Assembly: GCA_046290415.1 (NCBI GenBank)
Contig: JBKAGN010000001.1
Span: forward strand, 7,295-71,294
Direction: 5' to 3'
From: Hyphomicrobiales bacterium
GTDB taxonomy: Bacteria; Pseudomonadota; Alphaproteobacteria; Rhizobiales; MH13
Length of the DNA: 64,000 nucleotides
The position numbers and the translations under genes are program-made. Each line of letters starts with the position of its first letter. Within the stretch, counting starts at the first letter, position 1. The notes under the pieces were generated by a model that was not told the DNA's origin, made no database searches, and saw nothing but the letters and a program-made list of their open reading frames with translations. Positions 29,646-39,003 of the stretch are shown here, piece after piece.

Positions 29646-31211
29646 ATGTTGATCGACCGAGGGACTGTTGCGCGCGAGGCCATCCAGGCCGCCAGCGTCG
29701 ACATAGACCCAGCCTCAACTTCCAATTTGATTGGCGGAAGCGATGATCTTCGCCCGCTTTCCAAAGCCGCCATCGACGCGGCCCGAACCCTGAAATCGCA
29801 TGCCATGTCGCCGGTCATCCTGGCGGGGCTGGTGCGATTGTTTGAGTGGCTGGTGATCGCCGGCACAGGGCTCGCGCTCTACGCTTGGTACCTTGGAAGT
29901 CAGTTTGGCTTTTCTGCTCTCTATGTCGGCATGATTGTCGGCGTGCCGACCGTTGCGGTCGCCGTTTTCCAACTTCTCGGGCTCTACACCCCCTATGGCA
30001 TGCGCTCGATTGCGCACCAAGGGTTGCGGGTTGTCGGCGGCTGGACGGTGCTTTTTGCGCTGATGCTGGCCTTTGCCTTCTTCTCCAACGTTGGCGATGA
30101 CCTTAGCCGCCTTTGGGTCGGTCTCTGGTTTGCTACTGGTCTGATGACCCTGATGCTCTATCGCAGCGCGGTGGTTGCGCTTGTTGGCCATTGGACAGCC
30201 GCAGGCCGCTTGCAACGCAACGTCGCGCTTGTCGGCGGCGGCAAGGAGGCTGAACGACTGGTTGAGGCGCTGCGCAACTCGGCCAACAGCGATCTCAATC
30301 TGATTGGCTTCTTTGATGATCGTGGCGATGATCGCAGCCAGCAGCGCTGTGCCGGTCTACCCAAGCTTGGCTCAGTTGATGACGCTGTGGCGTTCGCACG
30401 TATGGCCTCGCTCGACATGATCATCGTGACGCTGCCGATGACGGCAGAAAAGCGTGTGCTCGATATGGTCCGCAAGCTGTGGATCTTGCCCATCGATGTG
30501 CGCCTGTCGGCGCATACGGCCAAACTGCGTTTCCGTCCGCGCGCCTACAACTATATCGGCAACGTGCCGTTTCTAGCGATCTTTGACCGCCCGCTCACTG
30601 ATTGGGACTATGTCGCCAAGGCCGTACTCGACCGGGTTCTCGGATTTGCCATGCTGGTCGCGTTGTCGCCGGTGATGATCGCCACGGCGATCGCGGTGAA
30701 GCTCGACAGCAAGGGGCCAGTCTTCTTCAAACAGAAGCGGTTCGGTTTCAACAACGAGCCGATCGGCGTCTACAAATTCCGTTCCATGTACACCGACATG
30801 TGCGATGCGCAGGCGACCAAGCTGGTCACCAAGGGTGATCCGCGCGTCACCCGCGTCGGGCGATTCATAAGGGCAACCAGCATCGATGAGCTGCCGCAAC
30901 TGTTCAATGTGGTCTTCAAAGGCGACCTTTCGCTGGTTGGCCCCCGCCCCCACGCCATGGCCGCGAAGGCCGCGGGCGGTCTCTATCATGATGTGGTCGA
31001 TGGCTATTTTGCCCGCCACAAAGTGAAGCCAGGCATCACCGGTTGGGCGCAGGTTAATGGCTGGCGCGGCGAAACGGACACGCTTGAAAAGATCGAGCGG
31101 CGCGTGGAGCACGACCTGTTCTACATAGAAAACTGGTCAATCCTGTTTGATCTTCAGATCATTGCGATGACGCCGTTGGCGCTTCTCACCAACAAAGAGA
31201 ACGCCTATTGA
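29646..31211 (+). CDS. uppE: undecaprenyl-phosphate hexose-phosphate transferase (WcaJ/UppE-like priming transferase)
   Basis: Four N-terminal TM helices, a CoA-binding-like domain, then KFRSM, DPRVTRVGRFIR.TSIDELPQLFNV..GDLSLVGPRP and KPGITGWAQVNG.RG...D..YIENWS..FD. Confidence 0.92.
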   Translation: MLIDRGTVAREAIQAASVDIDPASTSNLIGGSDDLRPLSKAAIDAARTLKSHAMSPVILAGLVRLFEWLVIAGTGLALYAWYLGSQFGFSALYVGMIVGVPTVAVAVFQLLGLYTPYGMRSIAHQGLRVVGGWTVLFALMLAFAFFSNVGDDLSRLWVGLWFATGLMTLMLYRSAVVALVGHWTAAGRLQRNVALVGGGKEAERLVEALRNSANSDLNLIGFFDDRGDDRSQQRCAGLPKLGSVDDAVAFARMASLDMIIVTLPMTAEKRVLDMVRKLWILPIDVRLSAHTAKLRFRPRAYNYIGNVPFLAIFDRPLTDWDYVAKAVLDRVLGFAMLVALSPVMIATAIAVKLDSKGPVFFKQKRFGFNNEPIGVYKFRSMYTDMCDAQATKLVTKGDPRVTRVGRFIRATSIDELPQLFNVVFKGDLSLVGPRPHAMAAKAAGGLYHDVVDGYFARHKVKPGITGWAQVNGWRGETDTLEKIERRVEHDLFYIENWSILFDLQIIAMTPLALLTNKENAY

Positions 31212-32494
31212 GCCGCGCGACCACCCCCACTGACCTAAGCGCTGCCTCCGGTTGGGCGCCGCATGCGGCGACGAACTCGGCGCCCGTGGCACGTCCATTG
31301 GTGCAGATCGGGCACGCCTGGGTCTGGTTGCTGGCGTTTTCCGGGTTTTTCGTGCTGCGCGAACCGGCTCCCTATGAGCTGCTTGGCGTGGCCGTGATCG
31401 GTGTTTCGTTTCTCTTCGGCATGACCCTTCCACGTCCGGTTTTGCCGATGCTTGGTCTGTTAATCCTTTACGTGCTCGGCGGTTTCGCAAGCGTGCCAAT
31501 CGCCCCCAATCTTGGCGATGCGCGGTTTCAGATTTTGGTGACAGCTTTTTTGGCGGCGACCAGTCTGTTCTTTGCCTGTTACATGGCACGCGATACGATT
31601 TCGCGCATGGCTCTTATCCGCAACGCCTGGCAGTGCGGCGCCATCCTGGCAGCTCTGTTTGGGATCATGGGCTATTTCGGAATCGCCGGAACCGGTGAGC
31701 TTTTCACTCGTTTTGGTCGCGCGCGTGGCAGCTTTGAAGATCCCAATGTCTTCGCGCCGTTCCTGGCCGGTGCCGTGGTTTTTGCGATCTACACGATCCT
31801 ATCGCAACCGATGAAGCGTTGGTTCTTCCCAATCATCGTCATCAGTATTTGCTCGGTCGGGATCCTGCTGTCGTTTTCGCGCGGTGCCTGGGGTTACACC
31901 CTCTACTCCATCGCCGTGATCACGGTGTTGCATTTCGTTTTGACACCGAATCCCGCCGAGCGGTTTCGCATCGTGCTGCTCAGCATGGTGGGCTTTGGTT
32001 TTTTGATGGTTGGCGTCGCGGTTGCCTTTTCCATTCCCGCTATCGGCGATTTGCTCACCCAACGTGCCAATCTGCTCCAAAGCTATGATGGCGGTGAGCT
32101 TGGCAGATTCGGCCGCCATGTTCTTGGCTTTCAATTGAGCATTCATCATCCGCTTGGCCTTGGTGCGCTCGGCTTTCGCGAGATGTTCGGCATTGATCCC
32201 CACAATGTTTATCTAAACGCCCTGATGACGCATGGTTGGCTTGGTTTTTTTGCCTACATCACGCTCGTCTTCACCACAGCTTTTCAGCTGCTGCGGGTTA
32301 TCCTGTTCAATCCACCATTGCGAGCCGTTGCCATTCCGCTTTTTGCACTTTTCACCGGCGCGATGCTGATGGGCACGTTTATCGACACAGATCGCTGGCG
32401 GCATTTTTTCCTGTTGCTCGGCCTGTCTTGGGGCGTGATTGCGGCAGGCATCGCCCATCCCTATGCTCGCCGGTCACGGCAGGTCGATGCTTAG
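31208..32494 (+). CDS. Wzy/O-antigen-ligase-family polymerase (UppF-like)
   Basis: Polytopic membrane protein with [25 protein letters not shown] and [16 protein letters not shown] start overlaps the uppE stop. Confidence 0.85.
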   Translation: MSRATTPTDLSAASGWAPHAATNSAPVARPLVQIGHAWVWLLAFSGFFVLREPAPYELLGVAVIGVSFLFGMTLPRPVLPMLGLLILYVLGGFASVPIAPNLGDARFQILVTAFLAATSLFFACYMARDTISRMALIRNAWQCGAILAALFGIMGYFGIAGTGELFTRFGRARGSFEDPNVFAPFLAGAVVFAIYTILSQPMKRWFFPIIVISICSVGILLSFSRGAWGYTLYSIAVITVLHFVLTPNPAERFRIVLLSMVGFGFLMVGVAVAFSIPAIGDLLTQRANLLQSYDGGELGRFGRHVLGFQLSIHHPLGLGALGFREMFGIDPHNVYLNALMTHGWLGFFAYITLVFTTAFQLLRVILFNPPLRAVAIPLFALFTGAMLMGTFIDTDRWRHFFLLLGLSWGVIAAGIAHPYARRSRQVDA

Positions 32495-32563
32495 AAGGAA
32501 TTTCTTTCGCTGGACGCATTGCCGCTTGCACTCACCGGCGTCGGCGGGCTAATTGCGGACCGT

Positions 32564-32640
32564 CGGGGCGTAGCGCAGCCTGGTAGCGCGTTCGTCTGGG
32601 GGACGAGAGGTCGTGGGTTCGAATCCCGCCGCCCCGACCA
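32564..32640 (+). tRNA. tRNA-Pro(GGG)
   Basis: CGGGGCG acceptor stem, D-arm TAGCGCAGCCTGGTAGCGC, anticodon arm TTCGT-CTGGGGG-ACGAG, T-arm GTGGG-TTCGAAT-CCCGC and an encoded CCA; 77 nt. Confidence 0.98.
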
Positions 32641-32660
32641 TCACCAAAAAAACCGAGACA

Positions 32661-33227
32661 TCACTCGAAAAGAGCAACGTCGTCCAGATCGACCGCTTCG
32701 CTGGTATCCTGCTGCGGTGTCGGTTTTGCCACGCGACGCGCTTCTTTTTCTCTTAGCTCTTGCTCTCGCAACGCAGCCGTTATCAAGGGATGCTGTGGCC
32801 CGAAATAGTGCTCGGTGCGGATATAGGGTCGCGGGTTCAAGATCGTCTGGCGGATCTGAGCGTACAGCGTGGCGGGCGCGACGGGTTTGGCCACATAGCC
32901 ATTGACGCCAAAGCGCAAGGCGCGCTCGATCCGGCGTTGTTCATCATGTCCCGACATCATAATGACGGTTTGAAAGGCACCTGGATGGTTCGGCTTGCGA
33001 ATGGCCCGCATCACCGACTCGCCCGATCGATCGGGGAACTCCCAATCGAGCAATACAATGTCGAAGTGGCCAAGTTGGATGCCGTCATAGGCCTCTTGGC
33101 CGGTTGATGCCTCCTCGACGCGGCGCACACCAAAAGCCTTCAGCACCGACACAACTAGGCGTCGCATAAAGCGACTGTCATCGGCGACCAGAAAATCAAC
33201 GTTTGACAAGTCTAGAGCGTTTCTCAT
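32661..33227 (-). CDS. CheY-like response regulator with C-terminal extension (Cle-like)
   Basis: Receiver residues D16/D17, D61, S92 and K114, followed by NPRPYIRTEHYFGP, which resembles the ARR extension of Caulobacter Cle proteins. Confidence 0.85.
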   Translation of the reverse strand: MRNALDLSNVDFLVADDSRFMRRLVVSVLKAFGVRRVEEASTGQEAYDGIQLGHFDIVLLDWEFPDRSGESVMRAIRKPNHPGAFQTVIMMSGHDEQRRIERALRFGVNGYVAKPVAPATLYAQIRQTILNPRPYIRTEHYFGPQHPLITAALREQELREKEARRVAKPTPQQDTSEAVDLDDVALFE

Positions 33228-33247
33228 CGGCGCAAATCTGAAAAGGT

Positions 33248-34210
33248 TTAAGCAGGACTTGGCGGTTCAGCTGGCGCCGGCGCCGGTCGCGCCTGATCCA
33301 GCTGCGACTTGCATTCCATCAACGTGCGAAGCGCTTGGACCAACGCTTCGGTCTGGTTCGGCGAAAGACCGCCGCCGACCTCGGCTGCGCCCGGCGGCCT
33401 GGTGGCCTGCGGTAGGGGTTGCGGGGCGGCGGTTGGTGTGGGCGTCGCGACCTGTGGAACCGGGCTCGGCGCAATGGGAGCACTTGGCGGCGCAACACTG
33501 GTTGCAACCGGTTGAGGCATGGGTTGGCTTGGAACCGCGCCTAACTGCGGTGGCGCTGCGGGTTGCGGCGTGCTCGCGTGCAAGGCTGCATCATGAACAG
33601 CCGTCGGCTCCGGTTCAGCAACAAAACGAAGGTTGGAGGTGGCCGGAACAACCGGAGGTGGCGGGGCCTGGGAAACCGACGCGGCAGGTTGGACCGCCAC
33701 CGGCGTTGGTGCTGGTGCTTGCTGCGGTGTTGCCGGCTGTGCGGATGGTGCAGGCTCTGTCCTGCCGGAAAGCGCGGCGCGAACCGGATCCGGACGAGCC
33801 GGTTCCAGCGGCGTTTGCGACGTCGAAGTTGGGGACGGAACTGGCGCGGGTCTTGCCGTTGAAGCGATAGGTTGCGGCGCTGGATTCGGCCGTGGGGCCG
33901 GCGGATTGGCCGGCGCTTCAGCGATGGCTTGATCGGCGAAACTCACGACATGGGCGATACCCTGTTCGCGCAAGATGCGCTGCACGCCCTTAATGGTGTA
34001 GCCTTCATCATAGAGCAGATGGCGAATGCCCTGCAGGAGCGCGATATCAGAGGGTCGATAGTACCGCCGACCGCCGGATCGCTTCATCGGCTTGATCTGG
34101 CTGAACCGGGTTTCCCAGAAACGAAGCACGTGCTGTGGCAAGTCCAAAACGTCCGCCGCTTCGCTTATCGTGCGAAACGCTTCCGGGCTTTTGGCCGAGG
34201 CACGCGCCAT
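33248..34210 (-). CDS. MerR-family transcriptional regulator (ihfA-associated) with long Pro/Ala-rich insert
   Basis: [60 protein letters not shown], then a low-complexity region of about 180 aa and a terminal helix. Confidence 0.92.
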   Translation of the reverse strand: MARASAKSPEAFRTISEAADVLDLPQHVLRFWETRFSQIKPMKRSGGRRYYRPSDIALLQGIRHLLYDEGYTIKGVQRILREQGIAHVVSFADQAIAEAPANPPAPRPNPAPQPIASTARPAPVPSPTSTSQTPLEPARPDPVRAALSGRTEPAPSAQPATPQQAPAPTPVAVQPAASVSQAPPPPVVPATSNLRFVAEPEPTAVHDAALHASTPQPAAPPQLGAVPSQPMPQPVATSVAPPSAPIAPSPVPQVATPTPTAAPQPLPQATRPPGAAEVGGGLSPNQTEALVQALRTLMECKSQLDQARPAPAPAEPPSPA

Positions 34211-34475
34211 GTCGCTTCAACCCCCTCATTGAAAACCGATTTGACGAACTTTTTATTCTTTAATTTCAATGACTACCGACGAATTTCAAACGAATCATTG
34301 AAGTCGCCAGACTTTAGGGCATGTGGCGTGGCACACCAACCGTTGAGCATGCCTAATCTTCAGGCGCCACGGTCGTTACGACGAGGCTGTTGCGTGTTCA
34401 CAACAACAAGAAAGATCATCGGAAGTTTTCGGGAATAGGGGCCTTGAAATCGAAAGGCCAAGGCCAGCCAGCGCG

Positions 34476-34778
34476 TTAGGATTTGTGGCCGTTATCGACG
34501 CGCTCTTTGAGGATGTTGGATGGTTTGAAAACCATCACACGACGCGGCGTGATTGGCACTTCTTCGCCGGTCTTGGGATTGCGCCCGATGCGCTCATCCT
34601 TGTGGCGAACCACGAACGTGCCAAACGAGGAAAGCTTGACGTTCTCGCCAAGAACCGCTGCCGACGCGATCTCTTCAATCACCGCCTCGACCAAATCGGC
34701 CGCCTCGGTTCGTGACAGCCCTACCTGTTGGTAGACGGCTTCGCATAGATCAGCGCGCGTGACGGTTCCACCTGCCAT
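34476..34778 (-). CDS. ihfA: integration host factor subunit alpha
   Basis: [54 protein letters not shown]. Confidence 0.97.
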   Translation of the reverse strand: MAGGTVTRADLCEAVYQQVGLSRTEAADLVEAVIEEIASAAVLGENVKLSSFGTFVVRHKDERIGRNPKTGEEVPITPRRVMVFKPSNILKERVDNGHKS

Positions 34779-34834
34779 AACCCTCTTGGCCCTCTTCTCA
34801 TTCGCTTCAGCGACCCCTCGCCTTGAGGCACAAG

Positions 34835-34863
34835 TCTTAAGCGATGGGTTTGCGGCGGGTCAA
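34835..34863 (-). promoter_or_regulatory. sigma70-type promoter of ihfA
   Basis: The minus strand reads TTGACC-N17-TTAAGA. Confidence 0.6.
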
Positions 34864-34934
34864 TTCAGCTTATGGCAAAAATAGCTAGAAAAATCAGCAC
34901 TCAGGGCAAGTTTGATGCATTCTTGGCCGCTGCG

Positions 34935-35927
34935 TTACATACGCAACAGGCAGGCGCCCCAGGTAAATCCGCCGCCCATAGCTTCCAACAACACAACATC
35001 ACCCTTCTTGATACGCCCATCGGCGACCGCTTCGCTGAGCGCCAAAGGGATGGAAGCTGCCGACGTGTTGCCATGGTGATCAACAGTGACGACGACTTTG
35101 GCGGGATCGATTTTCAGCTTGTTTGCCGACGCATCGATGATGCGCTTGTTGGCCTGGTGGGGCACGAACCAATCGATGGTGTCGCCGTTAAAGCCCGTCT
35201 GCTCGAACACGTCGACAATTACGTCGGTGATCATGCCAACGGCATGCTTGAAGACTTCTTTCCCCTGCATCCGCAAATGACCGGCCATCTGGTTCGTTGA
35301 TGGGCCGCCATCGACGAACAGCTTCTCGCGATGATTGCCATCGGATCGAAGCGAGGACGCGATGATGCCAGGACCATCGGGATCGACCGGTCCATCAACC
35401 GCATCAAGAACAACCGCCCCGGCCCCATCAGCGAAGAGGACGCAGGTCGTGCGGTCTTCCCAGTCAATGATGCGCGAGAAGGTTTCTGCGCCGATGACCA
35501 GCGCCCGATTGGCAAGACCGGCCTTCAACTGACTGTCGGCCGTGGCCATAGCGAACACGAAACCGGAGCACACCGCCTGCAGATCGAAAGCATAGCCATG
35601 GCGAATGCCGAGCTTTTGCTGAACCTGGGTTGCGGTGGCCGGAAAGGTGTAGTCGGGTGTGGCGGTGGCCAGCACAATCAAATCAATGGATTGCGGATCG
35701 ACTTCGGCGTTGGCAAGCGCCGCCTTGGCCGCCTCAAAGGCCAGATCGCTGGTACGTTCATCAGACGCTGCGATATGACGCGACTGGATGCCGGTTCGCT
35801 GGACGATCCACTCGTCTGACGTATCGACCATCTTGGCCAGATCGTCGTTGGTGAGGACTTTGGCGGGCAAATAACTGCCGACGCCCAAAACGCGAGCGTG
35901 ACGAACGGAAGACGCGGCAGATGTCAT
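34935..35927 (-). CDS. fabH: 3-oxoacyl-ACP synthase III
   Basis: [24 protein letters not shown] (Cys), VPHQAN.RI (His), [10 protein letters not shown] (Asn), MGGGFTWG. Confidence 0.98.
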   Translation of the reverse strand: MTSAASSVRHARVLGVGSYLPAKVLTNDDLAKMVDTSDEWIVQRTGIQSRHIAASDERTSDLAFEAAKAALANAEVDPQSIDLIVLATATPDYTFPATATQVQQKLGIRHGYAFDLQAVCSGFVFAMATADSQLKAGLANRALVIGAETFSRIIDWEDRTTCVLFADGAGAVVLDAVDGPVDPDGPGIIASSLRSDGNHREKLFVDGGPSTNQMAGHLRMQGKEVFKHAVGMITDVIVDVFEQTGFNGDTIDWFVPHQANKRIIDASANKLKIDPAKVVVTVDHHGNTSAASIPLALSEAVADGRIKKGDVVLLEAMGGGFTWGACLLRM

Positions 35928-37024
35928 GAGGCCTCGGAGATTGGTGTCTCATCCTCGGCCGAGGGAGACGGATTAGGGTGAGCTTCTACGATGCCTCGAC
36001 CGGCTTGGGCAAGTTGAGCGGAAATCTTCTCGCCCAGCTCGTTGATCACCATGGTGCGCGCCAGGTCGACAGCGGCGGCAAATCCAAGCGCGTCAGCGCC
36101 GCCATGGCTTTTCACGACTGTGCCGTTCATGCCCAAAAACACACCGCCATTCACACGGCGCGGGTCCATCTTCATGCGCAACGCATTAAACCCAGGGCGG
36201 GCAAGTAGCGCACCAAGCTTGGTGCGTAAGGTGGCTGTCATGGCATCGCGCAGATAGCTGCCGATCTGCCTGGCCGTGCCCTCGGCGGTTTTCAGTGCGA
36301 TGTTGCCCGAAAAACCTTCGGTGACGATGACATCAACATTGCCCGAACCGATGTCCGTGCCCTCGACAAAGCCGATATAGTCCATGCCATCATAATCGGC
36401 ATCTTTGAGGCGCTGGCCGGCCTCGCGGATTGGTTCCAGGCCTTTGACCTCTTCGACGCCGACATTGAGAAGACCAATGGTCGGCCGATCAACGCCAAAG
36501 AGCGCGCGGGCCATGGCCGATCCTAGCAGTGCAAAATCAACCAGCATGTCGGCATCCGCGCCAACGGTCGCGCCAACATCGAGCACCACTGCCTCGTTAC
36601 GCGCAGTTGGCCAGATGGCCGCGATCCCGGGGCGCTCAATGCCTTTTTGCATCTTCAGGCAGAATTTCGACATCGCCATCAGTGCGCCGGTGTTGCCAGC
36701 AGAGACGCAAATGTCGGCATCTCCGGTTTTCACCTGCTCGATCGCCTTCCACATGGAAGACGTGCGTCGGCCTTGCCGCAAAGCTTGAGACGGTTTGGCA
36801 TCCATCGCCACCGCAACATCGGTGTGCACCACCTGGGTGCAACCCTTGAGGTTTGGGTGCTTATCGAGAATCGGTTGGATCACCGCCGCATCGCCCACAA
36901 CAATGAAGGCAAGTTCCGGGTGACGCTGTTTAGAGATGGCGAGACCAGGAATGACGTTGGCGGCGCCCTCGTCGCCTCCCATCGCATCCACCGATATCGT
37001 CACTGTGTCGTCGTCACGCGTCAT
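35924..37024 (-). CDS. plsX: phosphate acyltransferase
   Basis: [65 protein letters not shown]. Start moved to MTRDD (37024). Confidence 0.97.
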   Translation of the reverse strand: MTRDDDTVTISVDAMGGDEGAANVIPGLAISKQRHPELAFIVVGDAAVIQPILDKHPNLKGCTQVVHTDVAVAMDAKPSQALRQGRRTSSMWKAIEQVKTGDADICVSAGNTGALMAMSKFCLKMQKGIERPGIAAIWPTARNEAVVLDVGATVGADADMLVDFALLGSAMARALFGVDRPTIGLLNVGVEEVKGLEPIREAGQRLKDADYDGMDYIGFVEGTDIGSGNVDVIVTEGFSGNIALKTAEGTARQIGSYLRDAMTATLRTKLGALLARPGFNALRMKMDPRRVNGGVFLGMNGTVVKSHGGADALGFAAAVDLARTMVINELGEKISAQLAQAGRGIVEAHPNPSPSAEDETPISEAS

Positions 37025-37164
37025 GCAAGTTTTCCAATTGGCCGAGACCAACGATGTCGAAAGGGCCTGAGCCCGCATTCCTATAGCCGAATCTGACCCG
37101 GATAAAGGGCACATATTGGCAATGAGCCTGTTGCGCTGGCAGCGGATGCCTGAAGATCTTTGTT

Positions 37165-37695
37165 TCAGCGTTTGAGGTCTTTCAGGACCGCAAAGGGCGA
37201 AGCCGGTTCCTCATCGTCAACAGCATAGTCATCGGAGTGGGCTGGACTGGGGGGTGCCAAATCTGGATGCCTCGGATAGGGATCCAGTGTCAGCGTGAAC
37301 AGCTGATAGGCAAGGTCTGAGATCGACGCCGCCCCGCCCACCAAAGGTTCGATATCGTTGTCGTCCAGAGGATCGAGATCGATGATCTCGTCTTGTTTTT
37401 TCGGCTGACCAAAAATCTGTTCAAACGGCACATCGAGCGAAGCTTTAAAGGGGCGAAGCGACACGCCGCAAATGTAGGTTACCTCAGCCTTTAACTCGCC
37501 CTCCACGCGCAATTGACGGCCCTTCATGCCCAGAGCGGTCGCGCGAAGATCAAAAAGTTCAACCGAGGCAAGCCCGTTTTCTTCGGCGAGCTGCTCGCGT
37601 TCCTCAGAATCGAGCTCCAGGCGCACCCGCACTGGGCTGCGCCGCGCTTCCTCGGCAAGGATAGAAAGTGTTGGAAGGTCTTTTTTGCCCATCAT
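37165..37695 (-). CDS. YceD/DUF177 family protein
   Basis: C..SL.PF motif and L.LDPYPRHP...[10 protein letters not shown] tail; directly upstream of plsX. Confidence 0.88.
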   Translation of the reverse strand: MMGKKDLPTLSILAEEARRSPVRVRLELDSEEREQLAEENGLASVELFDLRATALGMKGRQLRVEGELKAEVTYICGVSLRPFKASLDVPFEQIFGQPKKQDEIIDLDPLDDNDIEPLVGGAASISDLAYQLFTLTLDPYPRHPDLAPPSPAHSDDYAVDDEEPASPFAVLKDLKR

Positions 37696-37703
37696 GCCGC
37701 CCT

Positions 37704-38297
37704 TTACGCAGTGACGTGTTCAGGGTTCATCGGCCAAACCAACTCGCCACTTAGCACGGCATTGTCGTCCTGATCAGCCAAAGTCTTGTCGGCAGCCTGC
37801 AGATATCGAGCCAGGGCCAGCGCGTTCACCGCGTAGGATGAAGGCTCGTCTGCGGACGGCGCTTTATCGGCACCAAAAACGATGCCGCCAGCATTGCGGT
37901 CAATGGCCTCGGCGAGCGCCTTTTCATCCCCACTATCCAGCGCTTCGCCAAACGCCTGGCCACGACCCAAATAGGCAGTGGCCAGCGTTTTTAAGCGTTT
38001 TGGCACGTTGCGGTCGCTAACGCCGGTCTCCCGTAAGGCTCGGTCAAGGTCCTTGAACATCAGGTCGGAAAAGGCCTGCGAACGGACAGCGGCTTCTTCG
38101 GCGCGCGCGCCCTCTATTCTTTTCAAACGGCGGAAAAGGAGTATTGCATGAGCAATCAGCATGTCGAACCGACCACCAATCGTATCGGGAACGCCCCAGG
38201 CTTCAAAAAAGACCGGCTGGCGCGCCTGATCCGTGACGCTTTGATAAAAAGCGTAAGGCGTCATATCTTTACGCCGTTTCCATAAACCGAACACCAT
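37704..38297 (-). CDS. ubiquinol-cytochrome c chaperone (Cbp3) family protein
   Basis: QARQPVFF...GVPDTIGGRFDML..H, D.DR.LRE.GV.D..V.KR.K.LA..Y.GR..A. Confidence 0.9.
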   Translation of the reverse strand: MVFGLWKRRKDMTPYAFYQSVTDQARQPVFFEAWGVPDTIGGRFDMLIAHAILLFRRLKRIEGARAEEAAVRSQAFSDLMFKDLDRALRETGVSDRNVPKRLKTLATAYLGRGQAFGEALDSGDEKALAEAIDRNAGGIVFGADKAPSADEPSSYAVNALALARYLQAADKTLADQDDNAVLSGELVWPMNPEHVTA

Positions 38298-38411
38298 CGT
38301 GTTGCCCTATTTGGTCATCTTGGGTAGGTCCGGACAGGCGACGGTCGCTTTCGGCCGCGCACCACACCCGCACCCCTATGTGCGTATGGTCTGTAGTGAG
38401 GAGGTATAGGG

Positions 38412-38921
38412 TTGGCAAAGGTCGGATTAAAGGGGACTTCCCCGATTGGCCATTCATTGGCCGAGGACGAACCGACGCGCCGGTCGCTGCTGACAGGTGC
38501 GGTTGCATTGGGCGCAGCGCTGGCGCTGTCGGCCTGCAACACAACCGAAGTGCGCAATCACGGCTTCATCATGCCGGACTCCGGGTTGGAGCAAGTGCCG
38601 GTTGGTTCGTCGAAAAACCAGGTCCTGATCGTGCTCGGCACGCCGCAAACCACTGCGACGCTCGACAATGAGGTGTTCTATTACATCTCGCAGCGCAGCG
38701 AGCAGACATTCGCCTTCTCGCGTCCTGAGATCACCGACCAGCGCGTGTTGGCCGTGTATTTCGATGAGAACGAGCTGGTCGCCAGGATCGCCGACTATGG
38801 TATGCAGGATGGTGTGATCTTCGATTTCGTCAGCGAGACAACGCCGACCGGCGGCGCGGACCTCACCTTTATCGGCCAGATCTTGGGTGGTCTGGGCTCA
38901 ACGCCGACAAACATTTTCTAA
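38412..38921 (+). CDS. bamE: outer-membrane protein assembly factor BamE
   Basis: Lipobox LSAC, HG, SKNQVL..LGTP, FYYISQ and VLAVYFD. The TTG start is uncertain. Confidence 0.9.
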   Translation: MAKVGLKGTSPIGHSLAEDEPTRRSLLTGAVALGAALALSACNTTEVRNHGFIMPDSGLEQVPVGSSKNQVLIVLGTPQTTATLDNEVFYYISQRSEQTFAFSRPEITDQRVLAVYFDENELVARIADYGMQDGVIFDFVSETTPTGGADLTFIGQILGGLGSTPTNIF

Positions 38922-38943
38922 ACCCGCCCACTCGGTATCGAGC

Positions 38944-38985
38944 AAAAAACCCCGCCAACCAGAACGGTTGGCGGGGTTTTCTTTT
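38944..38985. terminator. bidirectional intrinsic terminator between bamE and hppA
   Basis: AAAAAACCCCGCCAACC-AGAAC-GGTTGGCGGGGTTTTCTTTT. Confidence 0.9.
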
Positions 38986-39003
38986 CCGCGCGAGCCTGAC
39001 GGC

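Noticed and set aside
32564-33247. Genomic island integrated at tRNA-Pro
   Set aside because: No integrase, no duplicated tRNA 3' end (att site) that I could find, and no obvious compositional shift. Only one extra gene lies between the tRNA and merR.
37025-37164. rpmF (L32) between yceD and plsX
   Set aside because: The gap is 140 bp, too short for L32, and has no matching ORF.
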